From NCBI GenBank assembly GCA_029953675.1, contig JAMWBK010000001.1, forward strand, positions 3,348,001 to 3,412,000: a stretch of 64,000 nt of DNA, in the 5' to 3' direction. Position 1 is the stretch's first letter; each line of letters opens with the position of its first letter. The translations under genes were made by a program, and so were the position numbers. Shown piece by piece: positions 1-10,927 of the stretch. The notes beneath the pieces are model-generated. The model did not search any database. It saw only the letters and a list, made by a program, of their open reading frames with translations, and was not told the origin of the DNA. The DNA comes from Rhodosorus marinus CCMP1338 (taxonomy: Eukaryota > Plantae > Rhodophyta).

Positions 1-479
1 GAATTATCGAGGAAAGTCCGCCGAAAATCCTTGGAGTTTACATACGTTAAGGACTATGATTGGTTAAAACGGTCTGACGAGAAACCAATGAATAGAGGTC
101 AAAGCTCAGCCGGCTCTTATATTAACGGTATTAGATATACCAAGGAAATAAATTAAACTTGAAAGTTGTTGAGATTGGAACGATCCCTTCCAAAAATTAC
201 CCAAAATAGTAAACGCCGGTGTCCAGGATTCTCAGTCAATGATAGATTTAGATTGAATTCAATCACGGAACGTGTTAGTCGGGGCTCTAGGAGAAATACA
301 AGAAGTGGCATTTGGAGGACAGTCCCGGTCGTGACTTGGGGCGGCGGTGCTGAGCGTCTGAATCAGCAAGATCCGTCGGCCGATCTTGATCACATGGTTT
401 GATCTGGCCCAGGGCAATCGGGCTATGGAAGGCAGGTTAGCGCTAGGCGCGTGACCCTAGTCCCAGTCTGTGTTTGCGA

Positions 480-1060
480 TTAGAACATGGTGCCTTGCCT
501 GCTTTTGTGTTGTTTTGCTTCCTTCCATGGAGTATTGGTGAGGACGATGGGTCTGGTCTGCCCGATAAGTTCCGGAAAGCTGCTCCGCTCGATTAGGCGC
601 TTGTAATCTTTCTTCGAAAACTGGACACTGAAACTCGCATGATATTCAAACAGAGCACAGCCGTAGCGCAGAGCTTTATTGCCGTGATATAGTATAACGT
701 CGTGAACCCGAGGCCGCAAATGCCAGGTTTGATCCACGTTCGCATCATATACCGGTTGGTTCCTTCTGAAACTCCGGGTGTAACCGAGTCCATGTCATGT
801 ATTGCACGTGTCAAAGTTTGACTCAATCCAAGCTTTTTGTGGTCTGTGGTTGGTGAACTTCGGTGGCCACGCACGGGTTCCACGAGAGCTCCAGGACCGC
901 TGATGCACGTCAGAGATTCGGCTCGGGATGTAATGCTTCGTTCAACAAAAATTTCCCACTCTCGAGAGGCATAGACAACATCAACTGTTCTGACTCGTGC
1001 ATGACTATTACGCGTCATTATTCGGCTGTACAAAAAGAGGCAGCAGGATTCACATTTCAA
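480..1060 (-). CDS. possible orphan protein-coding gene (structure unresolved)
   Basis: Two overlapping minus-strand ORFs (593-1060, 480-737) lie downstream of the DUF179 gene; no recognisable domain. Confidence 0.25.
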
Positions 1061-1229
1061 CGCTATGAAAACAAGGCCGCAACGTAGTTACAATCTCACT
1101 GGCAACTCCAGCTTCGTGATTCGGGGAGGGAAAGGACTTTCTAGTCAGAGCACTCCACGGAATCGTGCTTGTTCAAAGCCAGAATTTACGGCTGTCCACG
1201 CGTGGACGGAGGGGCTAACAGTCGGAAGA

Positions 1230-3152
1230 TCATCCTTCAGATTCCCGAAGACGAGGAATCCTCCACATCTCTGCATATTCACCTCCCAAGCCCTTCAGGA
1301 CTTTCTGCCAGGGCATTTCCTCAGCGTCGTTCATAGCCGACAACTCTACAAACCCTGCTATCAAGAACAGCAAACAACCCGGAATAAAAGAGATCAAAGC
1401 AGGTGAGCAAACCATACAAGAATGCCAGATTCAGGCGGAAGGGTTGTTCGGTCGTACCACCGCTCTGTTCCTTCTCCTCCTCGTTTTCCCGTTCTCGTCT
1501 GAGCCGATCTTGTATCAATAAGGGTACACCTTCAACCTTGGATGCAAACCAGGTGTGTTGTTTAAGTTCTCCTTCCAGCTGATTCGGTCCCCAGCCAGCG
1601 TACCCTTGAATGATCATCAAGTCCTCAGCCTTCAACTCTCCCTGCATGTACTTGTCGTATGCGTCCTCTCTCTTGAAGTTGACAAATAACCCGGGACACA
1701 CAGGTTGGGCACCACGGAGGTCACCGTGAGTGTGCAGTACATTAAGTCGGACCTATTTTGAAGACGAAACGCTGCAAAGTTCAGCCCTCTCCCAACAAAA
1801 CGAAGCAAGAAATTGGAGGTTTGTCTCGAGGTTTAAAGCTAGAAATCATCTCGAATTAACAACAGAAGGCATCAGCTTCAAGAAGAGTTCTTTATGCCCT
1901 CGCAGAAAAGGTATCGAGATGGGCAAGTCTAAATCCAGGCTTGACGGAACACCTAGTCCCCCAACTCCGGTGGAGAGTATCCTAAACTAGATCTTTCCCT
2001 CGTCGAACTATTTCGAGCGGGTGAGCAGTTCTGCTCCAGCGTGAGCCGGCGAAACTACAATGCTACCCAAGCTGACGGCGAGGAAGCTGCGAAAGAGTAC
2101 TTACCGGGGTCTTTCTAGTCGATCCTTGTCTCTCCGTTCTGGACATTACCGGGCCACCGTTGTAGACGTCCAGAGGTCGCGTCTCAGCGTCCTTCTTCGA
2201 GGGTTTAGTGGAAAGCAGGTTATCGAGGGCGATTTCCGCAGTCACAGGGCCGTTTATGACAAGTCCACTTGCTCCTCTTTCCGCCTCGTAATCGTAGAGG
2301 AGGATCAGTTTCCGGCCAAAAATACCGCCTACCAGTGGATGTGCCACCAGAACTGACCCAACCTCCAGATCAGCCCCCTAAGCACCATTGATTCAGTGGG
2401 CAGAAACACATGTAAGCGAGTTTTGCTTCTCCAACGCTCTTATTCATCCCTTTCGCCTTGGAACTAACCGTTGTCTTACACCAGATCGGATTCTTTGTAG
2501 ATGAGTCAGCCACCTCCAGCACCTCCACAGGTGGCTTCTGGAGAACAGAATCAGCAACGGATAGCACGGTCGACATGACTCGCATCGCAACGAATCCAGT
2601 ATCGATACGCACGCCTAGCTTTTCAGGCTGGCTCACTGGATGCCGAAAGGCCTGCCTCAATACCTTACAAGCTGATGTCTGTGGTCTGTACAATAATCCT
2701 CCGCCGAGAATACTCTGCAAAGAATCATCAACGCTTTTTGTGAGTTAACACAACAAGAATCTAACGAAACAGTGCCAATCCAAACGTTTTTTGTTCCAAG
2801 CTCCCCTTACCGAAAGGTGCCGGCTCGCCAGCTGGTCTGCAGTTTCTTTCCGCTGGCCATCCTTATCCAGCTCACTATCAAGATGCGGGATATCCACCCA
2901 CATGCTCTTCGAAAAGTCTGTTTCGTAGCGGCACCAAAAAACGAATTCTTTTTTTGATTAGGCACAGACGTTCCAACTCCGCCGCAAATTGAAAAGCGTC
3001 CCAGTAGGCCCAAATCCCAGATACAGCCCAAACCTACCATACCGGTCTGTGCACGGAAGCCTCAACAGCGCCTTCGAAGCTGGCGCCGCATCCAACCTCT
3101 TCGCTCCTCTATACAGCATGCGATACAACGATCGCACCACCTCCCCATCCAT
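1230..3152 (-). CDS. DUF179 (AlgH/YqgE-like) domain protein with N-terminal LYR-like helix, multi-exon
   Basis: Exons encode AHPLVGGIFGRKLILLYDYEAERGASGLVINGP, VYNGGPV, IQGYAGWGPNQLEGELKQHTWF and WQKVLKGLGGEYAEMWRIP, all typical DUF179 blocks. The N-terminal exon encodes VRSLYRMLYRGAKRLD. Start (MDGE) is approximate. Confidence 0.8.
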
Positions 3153-5047
3153 CTCTCCCACTACCACCACTCTCCCCTCAAACACAGCAACGCCGAACCT
3201 TGCAATTGACTCCCCTCAGCTGTACAAATACATAAAAGTTCACCCGCTTATCAACAAACTCCGTGAAAACTCCCAGTTCCAATCTAACCCCACGTTAACA
3301 AGTACAAAACTCCTACCATCCTATTTCCCGTTCTTCTCCACACCTACGTCCCTCCCCAACACTGAGCCGAGCTAGCGCAAACGCATGTATCTCGACTCTC
3401 CTCACCTGGTCCCCAAAAACCCTTCCGGAACACCACACGAGCTCGGAACCCCCCACACCTCCCTCCCTCCTCACTTTCCTCTCGCCAAACCAACTTCAGA
3501 GCTCACACTCCGTCCCCAAGCCAATCCAACTTGGATGGATTCCCTTTGCTCCTCAACCACTACAAATCCGAAACGCTCGGTCTCAACCCCCCCCCCCCAA
3601 AGTTTCCTCAACTTCTTTCTATTCGGAAACGTGCAAGCCCTTAACCTTTCCAAAGCCGGGTCAGCTCAGATCATCTCACCTTCCCCGGAAAGGAAGCATT
3701 CCAAGTTTGGCACTCGCTCATCACCCTCTTCCCCAAATCCCCAAATCCAACACTTCATCACCTTCCACAAACTCCGAAACAACTTATGTACCCATTCATC
3801 CCAAAATTTCTAAATAAAACCATTATAGAACAGTTTAGAGTTCCAAATCCACATTTATATCTTAATTTAGACTTTGTGCGTCCTAAAATTCTCAAACTTA
3901 ACCAAATTTGGAAATCTTTATCTCTCTGCTCGGTTGAGAACACAAAAAAACTCCTTTTCAGCTGCTTTTGGCACTCGATGGGAAAACGAAATGAAAAGAC
4001 TTTAAGCAGATGTAGCGCGAGTGCTGCTTGCTTGGTTTGGAGGCTGTTTTTGCCGTGCGACTTCTAAGCGCCGACTCTGCTCCGCGTTTTTCGGGGTTCG
4101 TTTTTCGAGTTGTTGTATGAAGCTGCTCTGGCAACAGCGGGCGCCACGCTTCACGCTTCTATCCTCCCTCTTTATCCTCGCCTTGAGACCTCCGAGGTAG
4201 GTTGGTGAGGGATCTGGATGCCTGGAAAACAACGAACACTCCATAAGCAGGCTCTACGTTTTCCGCATGGAGAGGATAGTCTTCAGCAGACATGCACATG
4301 CCCTTTTGTGGAGGGAGAGTTTGCGTAGCTGGCCGGCGTCAAGTCAGTCGTTCTGTCGCCACACTACATGAATATCGCTTGGACACATGGAGAAGTGTCA
4401 GGAATTACTTTTCCACCAGTCCGAATGGAAATGCCCGGGAGGCTGGGAATACACCCAGTGGGGATCCTTTCAGAAGAGCTTCACACTCCTTGAGGAGCCA
4501 AATAGCACGCGTTCGTTTCCTTCCAATTGAATGGACTAGACACAGACAAACGAGGCTCTTAAGCCGGCTTCCCCTGAATAGTGTTTTCCGATATCTCTTT
4601 CACTGCCTACCAGCGATTACAATGACATGCGATCTCATCAAAGTAAACGTCTCCCTCTCTCGCGAGGACCTACACAGGACCACATTACAGCTTAAAATGC
4701 GCGAAACTTAACTATTGGTCAAAATCTGTGAAAATAGATTGGAAATTGGCAATATTTACAAGCGGGAATGATTTTAATTCGATACTAGTCCAGACGTAAA
4801 GGATATACTGTCTAATTAAATTCGTGAAGAAGCTTTTTCGGAAAAGATTATTTGTAGAATTTTAGCACTCGTACTTTCTTTGCATAATGATTGGTTTGGA
4901 TGAGATAGGTAGGGTTCGGAGAAACACAGGGTAGCGGTGGTTGGGGGTGATCCATGAAGGGGGGACAAAGGTGGGGGCGGAGGCCCTTGGGGTAAAGAGG
5001 GATCGAAAAGGTAAGGTTGGGACAGGGTATTTAATTAACAAAACCTG

Positions 5048-6618
5048 ATGGAAGCTGCGTTGAAGGAGGATCCGGAAAAGGCTATAAGGCTGTTGGCTGG
5101 ACATGTCGGACGAAAAGCTCCGGAGAAGTTGATCGTTTCGGTACGTTCCGTGTTTTCACAGCGGCTATGTTTTCCCTCCTTGTGCAGTTTTCTTCACCTC
5201 CCAGCGGGATGCTTCTGTCCTTATTCGAAAATGCGCGTGTGCTTCTTTTTTTTTGCCGCCTCCGTCGGTTTGTCGCTAAGCTTCTCGGAAAGGTCGTGCG
5301 TTCAGTAGAGCTCAACTTTGGGTCCGTCGATGGATTGATCGAATGTGGGGTCTTGGAGGCCCTTGACTTGTGCATGCAGAAGTACGCCAGGTCTCAAAAA
5401 CTATGCTATGCCTTGGTTGAAGTGTGGTACCGGTTGGCACAAAAGGATGCGGTCACAGCGTCGCTCCTTGGGGAGCATGGTGTCGCGGATTTCGCGATTG
5501 AAATTCTGAGGTGGTCAGCCGGGTCCTCGGCGTCGCTGGCGTCACTTTGCCTTGATCTTTTGGTCAAGCTTTGCTCCCTTGCCGACGGAGGAGACGCCGT
5601 CTCTAGCGACGAATCCGCCATCGAGACCATATTCAACCAAGTTGATGCCTTCATTGATACTCACCCCAAGGTGGTATCAGGAGCTCTTGCTTTGCTCGCT
5701 GTGATCGCAAGGTCAACGAGCATAGATTCATTCTCTACGCTCGCTTTTGAATTGATCGTGAGATCCTATCCAGTCGAAAACCTAGCCACTCGCTCCTTTC
5801 AACTCTAATCCATGTTCTCACCCGCGCAGGACTACCTCCTGAAGACAAACCTTGACAGCAAAGGACTAAGCGCTGTATTTGCTCTCCTCGCGACACTGAT
5901 CCACTTCAGCGGCTCGTCTACAATGGAGCTGGTGATCAACGATGTTGCAGAACGACTTGCAGATTCTTTGGAGTCTTGCACGATGACAACCGCGCTTGCA
6001 ACCCAATCTCTCTGGGCGCTACAGGTATGCGTTGTCTACGCCTCCATCCAAAACAAGCTGAGGCGTTTCTCACTGCTTTCCGCTCCTCGCTGATGTACCA
6101 ATTTTTTTAATTTTTTTTGGGCCGAAAGGCTTTAGACAGCTGTGAACTCGTCCCTCGACCGTGGGACAGATGGATGAAACTTCGATCAAGATTTCAAGTC
6201 CGAGGAGCACTTCCATCCCTTCGAGATCACCTGGATCAGCGACTGCTCGTCTCCAAAGATGCATCCAAAGAGGACTGCGTTGATGTCGAAACATCTGAGA
6301 AGCCGGCTGAGAACGAAACCAGCGACGAGCCGATTGTTTTATCCCAGTGCTCGTCCGAGGTACGCCGCTTCTTACAGAAGCCATACCCTTGGCGCGGATA
6401 TCCGGCCGACTCCTCTCATGCTCAAACACTTGATCAATCTGCAGGCGGTCGACGAGGAAGGGAGAAACCACGATCTCGAGGAGGACTTGTCCATTAGCAG
6501 GAAGCGGAAACTGGTCACGGAGAGCAAACCTACAGCCCAACACTCCTACAACACAAGAGCGAGGACCGGAGCTCGCTCTTCATCCAGACGAACCTATTCT
6601 CTCCACGCGAGAAGGTGA
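5048..6618 (+). CDS. ARM/HEAT-like helical repeat protein with basic C-terminus, multi-exon
   Basis: ORFs 5167-5808 and 5812-6093 give amphipathic helical repeats (GVLEALDLCMQKY, HGVADFAIEILR, VVSGALALLAVIA). A GT donor lies at about 5141 and there is a C-terminal RKRK cluster. Ends are approximate. Confidence 0.6.
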
Positions 6619-6683
6619 GGGCCTTCCAAGGTGACTACGGGATCGCGACGTGAAACTATTCTTTGTAGTGCCAATTCTCGTGT

Positions 6684-6746
6684 CCTCTCAAAACTCGATT
6701 GAACTAATAATACGCATCCTCTTAAAACTCAGTTGAACTAATAATA
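6684..6746. repeat. two-copy 29-nt direct repeat, period 34
   Basis: cctctcaaaactcgattgaactaataata (6684-6712) vs cctcttaaaactcagttgaactaataata (6718-6746), located between convergent 3' ends. Confidence 0.8.
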
Positions 6747-6941
6747 TCCCTAATTCTTAAAGTCCTAATAAACCACTCAAAATAGAGCAACATACAAGGT
6801 CGGGAAGCCGCTCGTTTCCACAATGTCCGTCAGGATACGTCTTCTAGCGGAAACCGCTCGTGGTTATAATACAATACAATCCGATGTCATCGTTGCAAGT
6901 TCTGAGGAATTTCTTCCGTCAGTAAGTGCGGAAGTGAATAC

Positions 6942-8766
6942 TCAGCGTCCAAAGAAAACGTCGTGGAGAACCTCAACAGCCTTGTTCGCCTCTTCGTTGT
7001 CAAGTACAAAGCCTATGTTGAATTTTGCAGCACCTTGCGACACCATCTGGATCTGGATTCCATTCTGCACATTCCAAACCACCAACCAGAAAAACGAGTA
7101 AGGAATCCGCAAGTTCAAGGTAGGCAGAGCAACTCAAGCGTGAATTCATCGGTCCCGCTCACCTCAGCAAGTGCGTTCGCAGCTTTGCCCAAAATCAGAC
7201 TCGACTTCGTCTGATTAGACACAAGCGATACGATGGACTTGCCGTTCTGGAACGACGTGTTTGCGATTGTTTCCAGGTCCGTCTTTAGCGTGCATACTGT
7301 AGATTCGGAGCAAGCTACAGAATCCAACGTAAGTGAAATCGAAACTTCAGAAGTAGCAATCATATCCACTGACACCTGTATTGATGACGACATTTTTTTT
7401 TGGCATTTCGTCAGAATCCTCAATTAAATGCAGAGAAAACCAGCATGTCAGCAAGCTTACCTGATGTTGAGCGAATATCTTGAAAACCTCGGCAAGGAAA
7501 CCGTACGCCCCTAGCATCCTCGTCGAAACAATATCAACGAGCTGTACATTGCGCTTCACGGATATGGCCGTGACCGGGGTGTCGTCGGAAAGCTTTCGCT
7601 CGGGTAGTATCTTAGTTCCAGGATGTGTAGGGTTGTAAGAGTTCTTGACTCGTACGGTTATTCTATTCTTCATAGCCGGCATCATTGCTACTGGATGTAA
7701 AACCTTGGCTCCAAAATATGCCATCTCTGCTGCCTCAGTGTAGGTGACGGAAGGAACCGGAACTGCTCTCTCGACAACTCTAGGATCCGTAGACAAAATG
7801 CCATCCACGTCCTTCCATACCTGCACCTCAGAGGCGTTTATCGCGGCGCCAATCGTCGTGGCAGTGAGGTCAGACCCACCGCGTCCCAGTGTCGTAATCT
7901 CGCCGTTGATATCCTTCCCGATGAAACCAGTAACGATCGCGACTGTGTTTGGGCCCAATTCATCGAAGAACCTTGCAATCTTGTCTAGGCTCTCCGGCTG
8001 GATCTCCGCGTTCAGAAAATTCGAATCCGTAAGGAACCCGACGTCGAACGCATCAAACGCCTTCGCGGGAAGGTCCTCGTTTTTGGCAAGATGGGCCGCC
8101 ATAATACGAACACTCAGTCTCTCCCCAAACGAGACGAGGTAGTCCTTCCCTCTGGGCGTGAGCTCCCTGAGAAACTTGATCCCGAGAAGAAGCTGATCCA
8201 AGTTGGTCAGGAGTGGATCCACAAGCTCCTCCTTGTTGAGGCCAAAACTATCGCATGCCTCATAAGCTCTGCTCCGGACGCTCGATATATCAACAACTCC
8301 TTCAGTTAGAGCTCGCTCGCCAGCTCTCAACAGCTCGTTTGTGGATGGGCCCATCGCTGACAAAACAACTACGGGAAATTTCCTGCGACAAAGAAAATCC
8401 AGACGCCTCAGTTGCTCTTCTCAAAAAAATTAGAACCAGACAGGGGCGGCAAATTATCTGAACTCAGACCTACCTCGTTAGCTCCGTCTGCATCTTGACG
8501 ATCTTCGTCACTTCCCGGAGGCGTGTAGAGTCTGCTAGGGAAGAGCCGCCAAATTTACAAATAACTCTATCCAACGTCACATCCGAGCTAGTCCCAGTCG
8601 CATCTGTAGGGATCGGGGCCACGACCATACGGACGCATCGTCCACGATTCGACACAACCCTTGCCGCACTCCGCCCGGCGACAAACCCAGATCGATCAAC
8701 AGAAAGGCTACCCCCACGGGCCCGCTTCGCGAGCACGCCTGTAGAAACAAAGCAGCCCCCGTCCAT
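6942..8766 (-). CDS. lysC: monofunctional aspartate kinase (LysC/plant AK type), plastid-targeted, multi-exon
   Basis: Motifs ICKFGGSSLAD, VVVLSAMG, SFGERLS, TTLGRGGSDLTAT, VWKDVDGILSTDPR and EAAEMAYFGAKVLHP, plus two ACT-domain segments (VDMIATSEVSISLTL, IQMVSQGAAKFNIGFV). N-terminal transit-like peptide; GT-AG introns verified by eye. Confidence 0.96.
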
Positions 8767-10347
8767 TTCGGCAACTTTTCCTCACCGCACCCACTTACCA
8801 AAAAAACATCAAATCTCACTCCACCATTTGCAATCTGCCCTTCTCCTCTCACTTCCTTATCAATCCATAACCGCTCCCTCCCCTTCCGATCCCCCAAAAC
8901 AACCCCCCCCCCCCCTTATACAAAAGGAAATCTCAATGCCGTCCATCCTTTCACACAACAGGCACCAGTGAGCAACGACGCAGACAGACAACAGACGAGA
9001 CCGAACCCGAGACTGACGTAAAACGCGCCCCAATTAATCTGATATTGACTAAACGTTTTAAAAACAACTTTAAAACAATTCTTAGGAATTCCAACATTAC
9101 CAAAATTTAAAAAACGGTTAAAATATTTGAGTGTCTGGAGAATCAATCCTCAACATGAAGGGACCCCCCACTGCGGTGCGAGGTTCCTGGAGTGGATTTG
9201 GACACGTGTCTTTATTTTTTTGAATTTTGTATAAAACAGGGCCGGTTCTTTTAAAATCTTCCTTGTTTGGGGTGGGTGGGATTTCGTTTTGTTCTTATTT
9301 TGTGGAGGGGTCTCTCCGGTCGAGTTTTCGTGCAGTGTTTTTGTTTTGTCTCGCTCACCTGGCGTGAGGGTGGGCTAAGCAGCCTGCGGCGTAGTTTATA
9401 TGCGTTGATCACCATGTTCTGGATATATAGACAGTTATATTTTTTTGATTCATTCCTGAATCCTCTATTTTCCTTGTTTTGCTCGGTCTATTTAAGACTA
9501 CTTCGACCTGAGATCTTGATCTAAAATCCTAAAAAACGTGGAGCCGCATGTCGGAACTGCAAACAAGAAAGGTTTTGGAAGGTCGCCGATGACGTATCGA
9601 TTTTTATTGGAGTTGGACAGGGCTCAGAATTAAATTATGCAAAATCAAATAACTCCGTTTAGATAGAACCGATCTCGGTCTTGATTTGCTTATTGATTGA
9701 ATTAAATGAGATTGACCAATGAATAGCTTGGTCCCCCCTCGGTGTTGGATTTTTGTTGGTTGATAAGCTATCATTTTCCTCCCAATATTGATTCGCCAAT
9801 ATTATTTTGGACGAATGTTTTCTTCCATCTTTTAAGTCCCAATTCTGTTAACGTAGTTGGGATGTTCGACTTTGCGGGGAGAGGGTGGGTGAGGTTTGGG
9901 GGTGAGGTATTGATTTACTAATCCAGTCTTGTTGTGACGTAAATATATTTTAGTAGTTTTAAGCCCATATGAAGACGGTACTGGGCAAAAATTGTTGTTG
10001 GGGAGAAGAGGGGGGAAGGAATTCGTCCCGGGTCAACCCGGGAGGTCCTGGCAAATGGTTGCGCTTTATTTGCTAAGCATATATGATATCGTCCTTTTTT
10101 TGCATAATTGCTCGGTTACGAGCTGACATCTGTTTAGGGCATTTACTTCACCTGCGCGACTGGGCGCGTGGGTGAACGTATGTGACCAAATTTCGCCCTG
10201 ATCAAATCTGGCCATTCCAAAGTCAGGCTGCTGGAAAAGGTAAGGTCCCCTGAACGAAAACCCGTGAATCCTGATGGACACTTGCACCAAGAATTCTTTT
10301 CTTTATTCTTCTTGTACCTCGTCAAGGTCACGGGCTAGGGCATTCTA

Positions 10348-10458
10348 GTATAGCTTGAGGTATCTTAGGATCACTCGCTTCAGGCTCGGGATCCTAAGAT
10401 AAATCGAATCTCAGTCTATACCGGGCGGCCGTCCACCGCAGCGAGTCTAGCTCGCGGT
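10348..10458. other. pair of intergenic stem-loops
   Basis: Perfect 12-bp inverted repeat tatcttaggatc (10361-10372)/gatcctaagata (10390-10401), extended by gtatag/ctatac. A second hairpin acc-gcgag/ctcgc-ggt lies at 10435-10458. Confidence 0.6.
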
Positions 10459-10927
10459 TAAATTCAAAGGACCCCAAGATTCCAAGATGGGTGACATGTT
10501 TCGGATGGTGAAAGTACTAGAGGATGTTCATTTCCAGGACCGGACATCGGATGGAGCGCCATGGCAAAGCGGATACCTGTTGGCTGTACTGCATTGAACC
10601 AATGTGCGGGGGATAATTGAACTAGTTGAATTTGAGGAGGTTTGTCGGACATGCGTTGTCTATTATCACTACCCGCTAGGCTGCGACCTGGCCTCAAGGA
10701 AGAGAGGGGTGGTGAAACCTTGTGAAGCCATTTCATGCTTGAAAGAGAGACCCCTGACTGGGCAGCTCCTTGTTCTGAGTGAATCTTGGCACTGAGCTGT
10801 CTTGAATAACTGTTGTTCACAACTTTTCACCGGAAATCCATATTTGTTTATGAAAATATATATGCCCAACTGCCCAAAGTCGACGACGACAGGGAAGTGG
10901 TCCTTTCGAGGTCGAGCCCCTTGCAGC

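Noticed and set aside
9-120. GAGGAAAGTCCG matches the RNase P/MRP CR-I consensus, with CCGGCTCTTAT at about 110
   Set aside because: The spacing to the putative P4 partner is only about 90 nt, the intervening sequence is AT-rich and unstructured, and the 5' context is cut off by the window edge.
3385-3813. Long Pro/Ser-rich plus-strand ORF (similarly 63468-63884 on minus and 53675-54475 on plus)
   Set aside because: These are stop-poor because of strong C/G strand skew, or are antisense shadows, and have no domain content.
10464-10820. ORFs just downstream of Sin3 as possible extra Sin3 exons
   Set aside because: The conserved Sin3 C-terminal motif is followed by a stop at 10928, and these ORFs show no recognisable homology.
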